Source: Candidatus Kapaibacterium sp. (GTDB lineage Bacteria > Patescibacteriota > Patescibacteriia > UBA9934). From it: 64,000 nt of DNA. Below the pieces are notes generated by a model. The model did not search any database and had not been told where the DNA came from. It saw only the letters and a program-made list of their open reading frames with translations. Below are positions 38,729 to 48,997 of the stretch, piece after piece (position 1 is the stretch's first letter; the number at the start of each line of letters is the position of its first letter). The position numbers and the translations under genes are program-made. The DNA lies in assembly GCA_044350705.1 (NCBI GenBank), contig JBILHA010000001.1, forward strand, positions 244,242-308,241, in the 5' to 3' direction.

Positions 38729-39206
38729 TCATCACATCACCGAGCTGTTACGTAAGCAGGGGAAGCATCGCCTTCATTTTTGGAAAAAGGTTGCTGCGTA
38801 TGGCATGTATCTTTTTGCAATTGTTTGGGTAGGGGTGAGTTTGGCGGGGTGGATGTCTTGGTGGCGTCCGTTGATTCCTTTCCTGCTTAGCTATATTACG
38901 CTTTTGGTGGTTCAGGCAATTATTAAGCGGGAACGACCTAACTTTGAGAAAATTTCGGGATATCGCATGTGGGTGCGCACGTATTCTTTTCCGTCAGGCC
39001 ACTCTACAGAGAGTGCGGCACTGGCGGGAGCACTTCTTTTTTATCCTCTTTATCCTTCCCTTGAAATGATGGTCGTCGCTGGGGTTTTTTTGAGCGTTGT
39101 TGCAGGTATGGTGATGTATTCACGCATTGCGGTTGGGGTGCATTATGTGACTGATGTGATTGCAGGTTTTTGTTTGGGAATTGTGTATGTACTCGCATTC
39201 TTATAA
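38715..39206 (+). CDS. PAP2-family membrane phosphatase
   Basis: KRERP, SFPSGH, SRIAVGVHYVTDV. Confidence 0.9.
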   Translation: MQSIDHHITELLRKQGKHRLHFWKKVAAYGMYLFAIVWVGVSLAGWMSWWRPLIPFLLSYITLLVVQAIIKRERPNFEKISGYRMWVRTYSFPSGHSTESAALAGALLFYPLYPSLEMMVVAGVFLSVVAGMVMYSRIAVGVHYVTDVIAGFCLGIVYVLAFL

Positions 39207-39242
39207 GATGAGGCTACGTTTTTGAGCAACGTAAAAGCATGT

Positions 39243-40316
39243 ATGCGTGTCGTTATTCTTGCGGGTGGGGTCGGAACGCGTTTGTGGCCCATGAGCCGGT
39301 CTACCAAGCCAAAGCAATTTTTTGATGTTCTTTCTGACCAACCACTTTTGCGTGATACCTTCGATCGTGTTGCGCGCGTTTATCCGTTGGAAGATATTTT
39401 TGTTTCCGTTTCACCTACGTTTGCAGAGCATGTGCGAGGTGTTCTGCCAGAGTTGAGTGAAAAGCAGATTATTATCGAACCAGAGCGACGAGATACAGGT
39501 CCGGCGATGGGTTTTGCGGCTGCGGTGCTCTCGCTTGATAAGCCGGATGAGCCCACCATGTTTCTTCCGTCCGATCACTATATTCGAGATACTGAACGTT
39601 TTCTCACTCTTCTTCAGGTAGCTGATGAGCTCATTAAAGAAGAGGGCGTTCTTGTGGATATTGGTGTTCCTCCCACGTTTCCTTCTACTGCGCTTGGATA
39701 CACCAAGGTAGGGAGCGTTGTTGCTGAACGGCGAGCCGTTTCTGTTTTGGCGTTTGCTGGCCATACAGAAAAACCTCCGTATGAGATCGCGAAAAAATAC
39801 GTGGAGGATGGTTCTCATTTATGGCATGCAAATTATTATGCCTGGACTCCTGCAAAGTTTTTAGAAGCTTTTGAGAAATATGCGCCTGATATGTTCGAGA
39901 CGCTTATTGCGCTTCGGGATGCGTATGGAGAGGGGGACCGGGAGCGTGTAGCGGCATTGTTTAGCACTCTTCCGAGTAAAGCGTTTGATTATCTCGTCAC
40001 TGAAAAGATGGATCATGATCGGGTGCGTATTTTGCGAGGAGATTTTGGGTGGAGTGATATTGGAACGTGGGATACCTTGCACGATCGACTTTCTGATCAG
40101 GGAAATAATGTAGTAAAAGGGACGGTCATCGCGAAAAATACCCATGGATCTTTGGTGTATGCCGCTGGAGATCGTTTGGTTGCGGCATTTGGTTTGCAGG
40201 ATGTTATGATAGTCGACACTCCTGATGCGCTTTTGGTGTGTCATAAACGGTCTGCTGAACATTTGAAAGAGTTGCTTGCAGAGATTAAAGAGCAAACGGG
40301 AGAAAAATACTTATAA
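39243..40316 (+). CDS. manC: Mannose-1-phosphate guanylyltransferase
   Basis: ILAGGVGTRLWPMSR..PKQF, EPERRDTGPA, PSDH, GWSDIGTW, DTPDALLV. Confidence 0.92.
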   Translation: MRVVILAGGVGTRLWPMSRSTKPKQFFDVLSDQPLLRDTFDRVARVYPLEDIFVSVSPTFAEHVRGVLPELSEKQIIIEPERRDTGPAMGFAAAVLSLDKPDEPTMFLPSDHYIRDTERFLTLLQVADELIKEEGVLVDIGVPPTFPSTALGYTKVGSVVAERRAVSVLAFAGHTEKPPYEIAKKYVEDGSHLWHANYYAWTPAKFLEAFEKYAPDMFETLIALRDAYGEGDRERVAALFSTLPSKAFDYLVTEKMDHDRVRILRGDFGWSDIGTWDTLHDRLSDQGNNVVKGTVIAKNTHGSLVYAAGDRLVAAFGLQDVMIVDTPDALLVCHKRSAEHLKELLAEIKEQTGEKYL

Positions 40317-40400
40317 AAGTGAGAAAAAGACCTAGACCCCCCAAGGGCCTTACTCGGGAATGCTTTGACATTTCTTTTTAACTTGTGAAAATGGAGGTGT

Positions 40401-41453
40401 ATGTTATTTCGTAAGCAGCAGTATAGTTATCGTCCCCGCCAAAAGCGATCTCGATTGCCGGTTATTGCTGTTCTCTTATTGGTCACCGGAGGACTTTTTG
40501 CGTATCGTCAGTTCCATCAATACTTTTTAGCTTCTTCGGATTTTCCAGAGACTTCTTTCACGATTTCGGAAGGGGAATCACTCGCGAGCATCGCACGGCG
40601 TTTGGAGGAAGCGGAGATCGTTCCGAGTGCATTTTGGTTTCGACTCGCGGCAAAATTTGCAGGTTTAGATGATGATATTCGTTCTGGGACGACTCTTCTT
40701 ATCCCGGGAGATCGCACGGCGGATATTTTAGGAGCGCTCATATATCCTTCGGGAGAAACAGAAGTAAGCGTTACTATCCCGGAAGGATATACGCTTGCAC
40801 AAATCGGTGCCACGATTCGCGCCGCACTTCCTCACATCTCTGAAGAGGATTGGCAGCGGGCGACGGATGCATCTTCTGCTCTTGCGGCTGACCGTTTTGT
40901 AAAGGAAGCGCAAAAACCCGCAGATGTTGATTTAGAAGGATATCTTTTTCCTGATACCTATCGCTTTTACGAACATGCAACTGCGGAAGATGTCGCTTCC
41001 CGCATGCTTCGTACTATGGAAAGTCGTGTGAATACGCTTGGTAAACCCACGGGAGACGCAGAGGGCATGACGATGCACGAACTTCTTACGCTTTCTTCGA
41101 TTATTGAGCGTGAAGTGCGGAAATCTGATGAGATGCGAGAAGTAGCAGATATTTTTTTGAAGCGCTTAGAAATTGGCATGGCATTGCAGTCTGATGCGAC
41201 GGTCAATTACGTGACCGGTGGCAAGGATCCGTCCATTTCTCTTACTGATCGTGATCTTGATTCTCCTTATAACACGTATCAATATCCTGGTCTTCCTCCA
41301 GGACCGATAAGTAATCCTGGCATGAACGCCCTTCGCGCAGTTTGGAATCCTGCCGAGAATCCGTATTACTATTTTCTCACTGATATGCAAGGAAAAGTGT
41401 ATTACGCCGAAACGCATGATGAGCATGTGCTCAATAAGGCAAGATATTTATAA
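40401..41453 (+). CDS. mltG: Endolytic transglycosylase MltG
   Basis: TIPEG, LEGYLFPDTY, SIIERE, LQSDATV, SPYNTY..GLPPGPISNPG. Confidence 0.95.
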   Translation: MLFRKQQYSYRPRQKRSRLPVIAVLLLVTGGLFAYRQFHQYFLASSDFPETSFTISEGESLASIARRLEEAEIVPSAFWFRLAAKFAGLDDDIRSGTTLLIPGDRTADILGALIYPSGETEVSVTIPEGYTLAQIGATIRAALPHISEEDWQRATDASSALAADRFVKEAQKPADVDLEGYLFPDTYRFYEHATAEDVASRMLRTMESRVNTLGKPTGDAEGMTMHELLTLSSIIEREVRKSDEMREVADIFLKRLEIGMALQSDATVNYVTGGKDPSISLTDRDLDSPYNTYQYPGLPPGPISNPGMNALRAVWNPAENPYYYFLTDMQGKVYYAETHDEHVLNKARYL

Positions 41454-41589
41454 AAAAATAGCTTATATTAGCGAAATAATATTGACAAAAAGTCATTTTT
41501 TTGCTATACTTAATATTGTGTCTTTGCGTATATTCATCCCCAGTATTTTGTCTTCTTTTTAGGAGAATTTTGTTACACTCTGGGGTGCT

Positions 41590-43746
41590 ATGAAAGATTT
41601 TTTCCTGACCGGCATGACCGGAGAAGCCGCGCCTTTTTGCGATTATCGGGCTGAGCTCAATGATGAGCAATATGCGGTCGTTGCCTCAGGAGATGGTCCC
41701 CAGCTTGTTCTTGCGGGGGCGGGAAGTGGAAAGACGCGCGTGGTGACCTATCGCGTTGCATGGCTTTTGGAGCATGGGGTGCAGCCGGAAGAGATTCTTT
41801 TGCTTACGTTTACGAATAAGGCGGCAAAAGAGATGATCACCCGCGTGGAGTCTTTGCTCAAGGTCTATCCTACGGGATTGTGGTCGGGAACGTTTCATTC
41901 TATTGCGAATCGCCTGCTTCGTATGTATGGCGATCGCACGCCGTATGGACGAGATTTCTCTATTTTGGATGAGGAAGATGCGCATGATCTTATTAAACTT
42001 TGCGTAAAAGAAGTAAAAGCGGATTCGTTTGGAAGGAAATTCCCTTCTGCTTCGGTGATTAAATCCGTTACGTCCTTTGCGCAGAATGCCCGTCTTTCTC
42101 TTCAGGAAGCGCTTGAGCGTCGTGCGCCCATGCACGAACCCTTGGCGGGAGAGATCGAGAAAGTGTTAAAAAAATATCAAGAAGAAAAAGTGCGGCAGCG
42201 ATCCATGGATTTTGATGACCTGTTGCTGGAGCTTTACCGTCTTCTTTCAGAAGATGAGCATGTACGGACCTCCCTTGCTCGTCGTTTTCGCTATCTCATG
42301 GTTGATGAGTTTCAAGATACGAATCTCATTCAGGCGGATCTCGTAGACCTTCTCTCTTCACATCACCGGAATATTCTTGCGGTTGGAGATGATGCGCAAA
42401 GCATTTACTCTTTCCGCGCTGCGGAAATTCAAAATATTCTTGATTTTTCCGGACGATATCCCGGTGCCGTGATTCATCGCCTTGTGACGAATTATCGTTC
42501 AACGCCTCAGATTCTTGCGGTTGCGAACGCGGTTATTGCAAATAACCAGGATCAATATGAAAAAGAGTTAGTTGCTGTGGCGCGCGAGGGAGAGCGTCCT
42601 TTTGTTGTTCCTGCGGCTGATGATCGGCAAGAGGCGCAATATGTTGCCGAACAAATTCTTTCTTTACTGAATGAGGGCGTTCGCCTCAGAGACATTGCCG
42701 TTCTTTTTCGTGCGGCGTTTCATTCCCAAGCGCTTGAATTTGAATTGATGCGTCGTGCTATTCCCTATGAGTACCGAGGCGGAATGAAATTCTTTGAGCG
42801 TGCGCATGTGAAGGATGCGTTGGCGCATTTGAGAATTCTGAGAAATGTAAAAGATGGTGTGGCGTGGATGCGGGCGCTCCAGATTCAGCCTGGAATGGGG
42901 CTTGCGACTGCGGCAAAGGTTGCCAATCATGTGAGCACGCAAGATACGGTTGTTGATGCGATCGTCTCTCCTCCAAAACTTGGCGATAAGGCGCAACAAG
43001 GGTGGTCGCGTACGGCAACCCTTTTAGGAGCAATGGCTTCTGAGCAACTTCCTGCACATATGCTTCGAGCGTTTGCGGGGAGTGATATCTATCGAGAATA
43101 CTTAGATGCTGAATATCAGAATTCGCGAGAGCGTCGAGAGGATTTGGAGCAATTTGCGCTCTTTGCTGAGCAATATCAGGATCTGGGAGCGTTTTTAGAT
43201 GCCGTCACGCTCACGGGAGATTTTGGAGGCCTCATGGATCCGGAATTAGAAAAGCGCGATGAAGGATATTCCGAGGAAAAGATGATTCTCTCGACGATCC
43301 ATCAAGCAAAAGGACTTGAGTGGGAGAATGTTTTCGTTATTAACGTTGCTGAAGGGGCGTTTCCGAGTGATAAATCATTTGCCAATCCCAAAGAGATTGA
43401 GGAGGAGCGTCGATTGTTTTATGTGGCAACAACCCGCGCGAAGAAGCGTTTGTTTTTGACGTATGGCATTACTTCGGGATATGAAAATATCACCATTCGC
43501 CAGCCTTCCACCTTCCTCGATGAGATTCCAAAAAATCTTATTGAAGAAATTCGTCTTCGTCACCAGGCTGGATGGGGTGGGGGATATGGGGGTTATGCGG
43601 CTTCTCGGTCCTCTGCCCCCAAGAAACGGCTTCAAGATGAGTGGGGAGACGGATATAATGAGCCCACGATTGTTCTTGATGATTCCGGCGAGTCTTCCTC
43701 GGAGAAGAAGAAGCCGTTTCCTAAATCTTTTCTCATAGACGTATAA
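41590..43746 (+). CDS. ATP-dependent DNA helicase UvrD/PcrA family
   Basis: AGAGSGKT, TFTNKAA, VDEFQDTN, VGDDAQSIY, NYRS, TIHQAKGLEW, EERRLFYVA.TRAK. Confidence 0.95.
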   Translation: MKDFFLTGMTGEAAPFCDYRAELNDEQYAVVASGDGPQLVLAGAGSGKTRVVTYRVAWLLEHGVQPEEILLLTFTNKAAKEMITRVESLLKVYPTGLWSGTFHSIANRLLRMYGDRTPYGRDFSILDEEDAHDLIKLCVKEVKADSFGRKFPSASVIKSVTSFAQNARLSLQEALERRAPMHEPLAGEIEKVLKKYQEEKVRQRSMDFDDLLLELYRLLSEDEHVRTSLARRFRYLMVDEFQDTNLIQADLVDLLSSHHRNILAVGDDAQSIYSFRAAEIQNILDFSGRYPGAVIHRLVTNYRSTPQILAVANAVIANNQDQYEKELVAVAREGERPFVVPAADDRQEAQYVAEQILSLLNEGVRLRDIAVLFRAAFHSQALEFELMRRAIPYEYRGGMKFFERAHVKDALAHLRILRNVKDGVAWMRALQIQPGMGLATAAKVANHVSTQDTVVDAIVSPPKLGDKAQQGWSRTATLLGAMASEQLPAHMLRAFAGSDIYREYLDAEYQNSRERREDLEQFALFAEQYQDLGAFLDAVTLTGDFGGLMDPELEKRDEGYSEEKMILSTIHQAKGLEWENVFVINVAEGAFPSDKSFANPKEIEEERRLFYVATTRAKKRLFLTYGITSGYENITIRQPSTFLDEIPKNLIEEIRLRHQAGWGGGYGGYAASRSSAPKKRLQDEWGDGYNEPTIVLDDSGESSSEKKKPFPKSFLIDV

Positions 43747-43754
43747 TATTTTGT

Positions 43755-44909
43755 ATGAATTATTCTGAAGAAGCATTGAAACAGCATAAAGAGAAGCAGG
43801 GGAAATGGGCGATTACCTCTCTTATGCCACTTGAGACGAAAGATGATTTGTCCGTGGCTTATACGCCGGGTGTTGCTGCGCCTTGTGAGGCAATTGCTGC
43901 GAATCCTGATGACGCGTATCTCTATACCATGAAGGGACGTACGGTTGCGGTCGTTTCTGATGGAACTTCAGTATTGGGTTTGGGAGATATTGGTCCTATG
44001 GCCGGACTTCCTGTTATGGAAGGGAAGGCGGTGCTTTATAAAAAGTATGCCAATATTGATGCAGTGCCGATTGTTCTTGCGAGTAAAGAAGTTGATGATA
44101 TTGTCCAGGCGGTAAAAATGATCGCTCCTACGTTTGGAGGTATTCATTTGGAGGACATCGCTGCACCTGCGTGTTTTGCGGTTGAAGAGCGTCTTTCTCG
44201 AGAATTAGATATACCCGTGATGCATGATGACCAGCATGCAACGGCAATTGTGACGCTTGCGGCGCTTTACAACGCGCTTCGCATTGTAGAGAAAGAAATT
44301 GCGGATATACGAGTAGTTATCAATGGAGTGGGAGCTGCTGGAGTTGCCATTGCAGACCTTCTTCGTGCTGCCGGTGTTGTGCGTATCGATATGGCGGACT
44401 CGAAAGGTATTATTGCGGTTGGTCGTGCAGGTATGAATGCGGAAAAAGATCGTCTTGCACGTCTTCTGAATCCTGCAGGAAAAACAGGCTCTCTTGCTGA
44501 GGTCATGCAGGACGCGGATGTGGTGATTGGGGTGAGTAAGCCAGGCGTCATTACGCGCGAGATGGTGAGCAGCATGGCTTCTCGGGCTATTGTTTTCGCG
44601 CTTGCAAATCCCGTTCCTGAAATCATGCCGGATGAAGCGAAAGCAGCGGGAGCGGCCGTGGTTGCTACGGGACGTTCGGATTTTGCTAACCAAGTGAATA
44701 ACGTTTTGGTATATCCTGGAATTTTTCGAGGTTTGCTCGATGCGCATGCGCATACGCTCACGATGGCTATGAAGCTTGCAGCGGCACGTGCGCTTGCGCA
44801 GATGGTTGATCAGCCTACGGCAGAAAAGATCATCCCCTCAATCCTCGATGTCAATCCTGCGCCTTTTCTTGCGGCTGCCGTTGCTGAGGAGGCGAGGAAA
44901 ATGGCGTAG
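43755..44909 (+). CDS. NAD(P)-dependent malic enzyme
   Basis: YTPGVA, LPVMEGKA, IHLEDI, HDDQH, GVGAAG, ALANPVPE, ATGRSD..NQVNN. Confidence 0.93.
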   Translation: MNYSEEALKQHKEKQGKWAITSLMPLETKDDLSVAYTPGVAAPCEAIAANPDDAYLYTMKGRTVAVVSDGTSVLGLGDIGPMAGLPVMEGKAVLYKKYANIDAVPIVLASKEVDDIVQAVKMIAPTFGGIHLEDIAAPACFAVEERLSRELDIPVMHDDQHATAIVTLAALYNALRIVEKEIADIRVVINGVGAAGVAIADLLRAAGVVRIDMADSKGIIAVGRAGMNAEKDRLARLLNPAGKTGSLAEVMQDADVVIGVSKPGVITREMVSSMASRAIVFALANPVPEIMPDEAKAAGAAVVATGRSDFANQVNNVLVYPGIFRGLLDAHAHTLTMAMKLAAARALAQMVDQPTAEKIIPSILDVNPAPFLAAAVAEEARKMA

Positions 44910-44915
44910 CCTTGT

Positions 44916-45446
44916 ATGATGCGATCGATTCGTCCACGCTCACGTAGTATGGGTTCCGCTCTTCTTATAGGGGTGGTGGTTCTTGGTGGGGCGGGTGCCT
45001 TTTGGACGGGCCTTCAGGCTTTTCGTGCGCAGGCAAAGAATCGTCAAGCTGAAGAAGCACGGCGTTCGGAGGGCGTGGGTGAGGAGAGTGTGTTTCAGGA
45101 ATTGTCTGCGGTTGCTTCACTTGTTTCAGGGGGAGTAAACGTAGGCAGGGTGACGCGTGTGATGCAGGACGAAGGCGCGGTGCTTGAGGTTTTAGTCACG
45201 CTCCCTCCTCTTGATTCCCAGGTATATGAGTACCATGTGTGGTTGGTAAAAGAGGGTTTGGCTGATGTGGTGGATCTTGGTGCACTTACTGCTCGTGCTG
45301 ATGGTACGTGGACTGGGGTTTTTGTGGCGAGTCCTGCGACGGGTATTATTGATCCGATGCTTTTTTCTCGTGTCGTGATTATGCTCGAGCCTCGTGATGG
45401 TAACCCTGCTCCTTCCGGGAATAAGATTGTTGAGGGATCTTGGTAA
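44916..45446 (+). CDS. Hypothetical membrane-anchored protein (RskA C-terminal-like domain)
   Basis: N-terminal TM; LPP...YHVWLV...LG...EP pattern recalled from RskA-like domains. Confidence 0.5.
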   Translation: MMRSIRPRSRSMGSALLIGVVVLGGAGAFWTGLQAFRAQAKNRQAEEARRSEGVGEESVFQELSAVASLVSGGVNVGRVTRVMQDEGAVLEVLVTLPPLDSQVYEYHVWLVKEGLADVVDLGALTARADGTWTGVFVASPATGIIDPMLFSRVVIMLEPRDGNPAPSGNKIVEGSW

Positions 45447-45452
45447 GAGGGT

Positions 45453-46652
45453 ATGCGTATTCATGTTGTGGGTGCAGGCTGGGTGGGATTGGTGAGTGCG
45501 GGTGCTTTTGCGCAGTATGGACATGAGATTGCGGTTGTAGATGCGAATGAGGAGCGAATCGCACTTCTTACTCGAGGGGAGCTCCCTTTCTTTGAGGCAG
45601 GTCTTGCGGATCTTTTAGGAGAAGGAAAGCGACAGGGGCGTTTTACGGTTTCTTCATATGCGCAGATTCCTTTTGCACCCGAGGTGGTTTTTTGTTGCGT
45701 GGGAACGCCTCAGGGCGTATTGGGACACGCGGATGTTTCCGCGGTTTTTTCTGCCGCAACGTGGTATGCGGAGCATTTTCCTCATACGCTGTTTGTCGTT
45801 AAATCTACGGTTCCTCCGGAAACAGGAAAAAAACTGAGCGAAGCCTTTCCTTCTTTGTTTTTTGCTGCAAATCCAGAATTTCTTGCGGAGGGTACGGCAG
45901 TACGTGATGCGCTTTTTCCTGCGCGTATTGTTTGCGGTGTAGAAGATGAGCAGGCGGCGGAGATGATGAAGCGGGTGTATGCTCCTTGGGTTGCTCGAGA
46001 GGTTCCTCTGCTCATCACCGATCGCGTCACCGCTGAACTTGCCAAGTATGCGGCAAATGCATTCTTGGCTACCAAGATTAGTTTTGTGAATGAGCTTAGT
46101 GAATTTGCAGAATTGCTCGGCGCAAATATGGAAATGGTTTCAAAGAGCATGGGATTTGATCCGCGCATCGGGGCAAAATTTCTTGCGCATGGTATTGGGT
46201 ATGGAGGGAGTTGTTTTCCGAAGGATACCCAGGCGCTTCTTTCGGTTGCTCAGGAACGGGGCATTGATTTGCCCCTTGTGCGTGAAGCTGAAAAAAGAAA
46301 TCTTCGTCAGCGTGATCGTTATGTGCAGAAGATCCTTCAGGCTTATGAGATGCAAGGGGGAAGGGGGCACGTTGCTTTACTTGGGATGGCGTATAAGCCC
46401 GGCACTGATGATACGCGTTCTTCACCGGCGGTAGCGATTTTTCTTCGTTTGCAACAAGAGGGAGTTCCCGTCAAATGGTACGATCCCCGTGTGCACGTTT
46501 ATGAAGGAAGCAGGGGTGAGGAGAGCGTGGATATGGCTTGTAAAGAAGCTGCGGTTGTTTTTGTTGCAACGGACTGGCCGGAGATTGAAATATTTGCAAA
46601 GACTCTTCCCGTTGATCGGGTTCTTTGGGGGCGTGCGCGTGGTACACTATAG
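45453..46652 (+). CDS. UDP-glucose/GDP-mannose dehydrogenase
   Basis: VGAGWVG, CVGTP, KSTVPP, NPEFLAEG, KYAANAFLATKISF, GYGGSCFPKD, YKPGTDD.R. Confidence 0.93.
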   Translation: MRIHVVGAGWVGLVSAGAFAQYGHEIAVVDANEERIALLTRGELPFFEAGLADLLGEGKRQGRFTVSSYAQIPFAPEVVFCCVGTPQGVLGHADVSAVFSAATWYAEHFPHTLFVVKSTVPPETGKKLSEAFPSLFFAANPEFLAEGTAVRDALFPARIVCGVEDEQAAEMMKRVYAPWVAREVPLLITDRVTAELAKYAANAFLATKISFVNELSEFAELLGANMEMVSKSMGFDPRIGAKFLAHGIGYGGSCFPKDTQALLSVAQERGIDLPLVREAEKRNLRQRDRYVQKILQAYEMQGGRGHVALLGMAYKPGTDDTRSSPAVAIFLRLQQEGVPVKWYDPRVHVYEGSRGEESVDMACKEAAVVFVATDWPEIEIFAKTLPVDRVLWGRARGTL

Positions 46653-46657
46653 CCACT

Positions 46658-47407
46658 ATGCGAAAGTTGTTTGGAGGAGGAAAACAGGATGTGGAGTGTG
46701 TTGATGGTGTGTGCAAAGTTCCCCTTTCTTCTGAAGAAAAGCAGATGTGTAAAGAGGGTGTCCGTGCGCCCCGCATGTCTGATCTTACGTGGCGGATTTT
46801 CCGCATGATGTCTGAATTTGTTGAGGGTTTCCAATTTCTTTCCACCATGAATAAGGAGGTTTCGTTGTTTGGTTCTGCACGCATTCCTCCCACGAGTCCT
46901 TGGTATAAAGAAGCTGAGCGTCTGGGAAAAATGCTTGCGCAGAAAGGATTTACAGTTATTACTGGCGGCGGTCCCGGGATTATGGAAGCGGCAAATAAAG
47001 GGGCGTTTGAGGGAGGAGGGCGTTCGGTGGGATTAAATATTCAGCTTCCGCATGAGCAGCGTCAGAATAAGTATGTGACGCATGGCATTTCTTTCCATTA
47101 TTTTTTCACGAGAAAGGTCATGTTTGCAGCCAGCGCGCAGGCATACGTTTATTTTCCCGGAGGTTTTGGTACGCTTGATGAACTTTTTGAGATTCTCACG
47201 CTTATTCAAACGAAAAAATCCGAGAGTATTCCTGTGGTTTTGGTAGGAAAGGAATATTGGACCCCTCTTGTACAGTTTCTTGAAGAAACTGTGTATGGCA
47301 GGTACGATGCTATCGATCGTATGGATATGCGTTTGTTTACGGTAGTCGATACTGCTGAAGAGGCGTTTACTATTCTCGCAAAATCCACGGAGCGATCACT
47401 CTTCTAG
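46658..47407 (+). CDS. LOG family protein (TIGR00730-like)
   Basis: FGSAR, TGGGPGIMEAAN, YFFTRKVMF, PGGFGTLDE. Confidence 0.92.
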   Translation: MRKLFGGGKQDVECVDGVCKVPLSSEEKQMCKEGVRAPRMSDLTWRIFRMMSEFVEGFQFLSTMNKEVSLFGSARIPPTSPWYKEAERLGKMLAQKGFTVITGGGPGIMEAANKGAFEGGGRSVGLNIQLPHEQRQNKYVTHGISFHYFFTRKVMFAASAQAYVYFPGGFGTLDELFEILTLIQTKKSESIPVVLVGKEYWTPLVQFLEETVYGRYDAIDRMDMRLFTVVDTAEEAFTILAKSTERSLF

Positions 47408-47417
47408 TCTCCGTTGT

Positions 47418-48989
47418 ATGTCTGATGTCCTCAAAAAACTCGCTCCTCAATTACGTGCCCAATTGCCTTTTTCGCAAAGCGTCGGGGATGAGCTTCTTGA
47501 GGTCAGTGTACCCGCTTCTTCTGCGGCGACCGTTTACGAGAAAATTCGTAATACATTTGATTACCAGGAAGATCATCTTCTTCGCCGGAATGCTATTTTG
47601 CGCATTTTGAAACGATACGCAGGGGCTGAGCGTGATCTCTCCACGCATGCTCCTGACTTGCTTCGTGAACTTGTTTGGGCGAAATATTTGCCGAATAAAT
47701 CCATTCCTCTTGCGTTTTCGGAGGTCATTGCAAAAACTATTCAGAAATATGAAGTTCTTCTTGCGGCTGCCGCTCGTCAGCCTGCGCAGGAGCGTGAAGA
47801 GCTTTATCGTTGGATTTTCGATGTTCTTGCAACTGATATTGACCACGTTCTTTCGCCTACCCAGCATGAAGAGGCGCTTGCGGCGTTCATGTATGATGCG
47901 CTTAAAAAGCGTATGGATTGGGATCCTGCGCTCATCATGAATGATGAGGAGAAGGATCTGCGTTTGTATACCGCAGTGCATCGCATTTTGTTGAAATCGG
48001 ATGTTGGCGTTATGCGTTTTCGTCTGCTTACGTTGTATTTTCCTGCATGGACAAAGGATGATGCACAGTGTGTGGAACAGGTTGCTCAGCAGTTGCCGCG
48101 TGTCATTCGTGCTATTGAGCAAGACATTGTTCATCCGCTTGCCGATCGACTCATGCGGCTCATCCGTCGTAAGGCGGGAGTTTTTCGTGTTCTTTTTGAT
48201 GTTCTTCGTGATGCAAAGCCGGACGCTGCGCTTTTTACACATCCCCATGAGCTTGATCGTGCAGTTGCGCGCGCCCTTGAGGCGCGCACGAATGATTTTC
48301 GCGTACGCATTCGGCGATCAGTTATTCGCTCCGTTCTTTTTCTTTTCTTTACAAAAACCATCATTGCTTTGTGTATTGAAGCGCCTTTCGATTACTTTTT
48401 TTACGATGGGCATATTCCCCTTACGCCTCTTCTGGTAAATATTTTCTTCCCCCCCTTTCTCCTCTCTATTATTGGCTTGAGCGTTCGCTTTCCCGGACCT
48501 GATAATGTGGACCATTATAAGGCGGCAATTCGTGCCTTAAGTGTTGGCGCCGATTACCCGTATCTTCATACTCGCGTGAAATATCAGCCGCGAACGTCCT
48601 GGTCTACCGTCTTCGCGGTGCTTTATGCGCTGCTTTTTGTGGCTATTTATGGTATTTTTGCCGCCTTTTTGCATACTGTCGGGTTTAATGGTCTTGCGAT
48701 TGGGCTTTTCCTCTTCTTCCTTTCGTTGGTTACCTTTTTTGGTATTCGTATTCGGTATTCCACTCGTGACATTGTTCTTTCCGATCAACGCGCGGGGATT
48801 CTTGGATCTTTCCTTGATGTCGCGCTTCTTCCTATTGCGCAGGCGGGGTCATGGCTTTCTTCGAAAGTTTCCAAGATTAACGTTTTCATTTATTTCTTTG
48901 ACTTCATTATTGAAGCTCCATTGAAAGTTGCGATTGAATTTGTAGAGGGTTGGTTAACTTTTGTGCGCGAAAAGAAAGAAGAAATTTGA
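47418..48989 (+). CDS. Conserved hypothetical membrane protein
   Basis: 523-aa ORF, large soluble N-terminus and 4 C-terminal TM; no motif assigned. Confidence 0.7.
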   Translation: MSDVLKKLAPQLRAQLPFSQSVGDELLEVSVPASSAATVYEKIRNTFDYQEDHLLRRNAILRILKRYAGAERDLSTHAPDLLRELVWAKYLPNKSIPLAFSEVIAKTIQKYEVLLAAAARQPAQEREELYRWIFDVLATDIDHVLSPTQHEEALAAFMYDALKKRMDWDPALIMNDEEKDLRLYTAVHRILLKSDVGVMRFRLLTLYFPAWTKDDAQCVEQVAQQLPRVIRAIEQDIVHPLADRLMRLIRRKAGVFRVLFDVLRDAKPDAALFTHPHELDRAVARALEARTNDFRVRIRRSVIRSVLFLFFTKTIIALCIEAPFDYFFYDGHIPLTPLLVNIFFPPFLLSIIGLSVRFPGPDNVDHYKAAIRALSVGADYPYLHTRVKYQPRTSWSTVFAVLYALLFVAIYGIFAAFLHTVGFNGLAIGLFLFFLSLVTFFGIRIRYSTRDIVLSDQRAGILGSFLDVALLPIAQAGSWLSSKVSKINVFIYFFDFIIEAPLKVAIEFVEGWLTFVREKKEEI

Positions 48990-48997
48990 GACTGAGC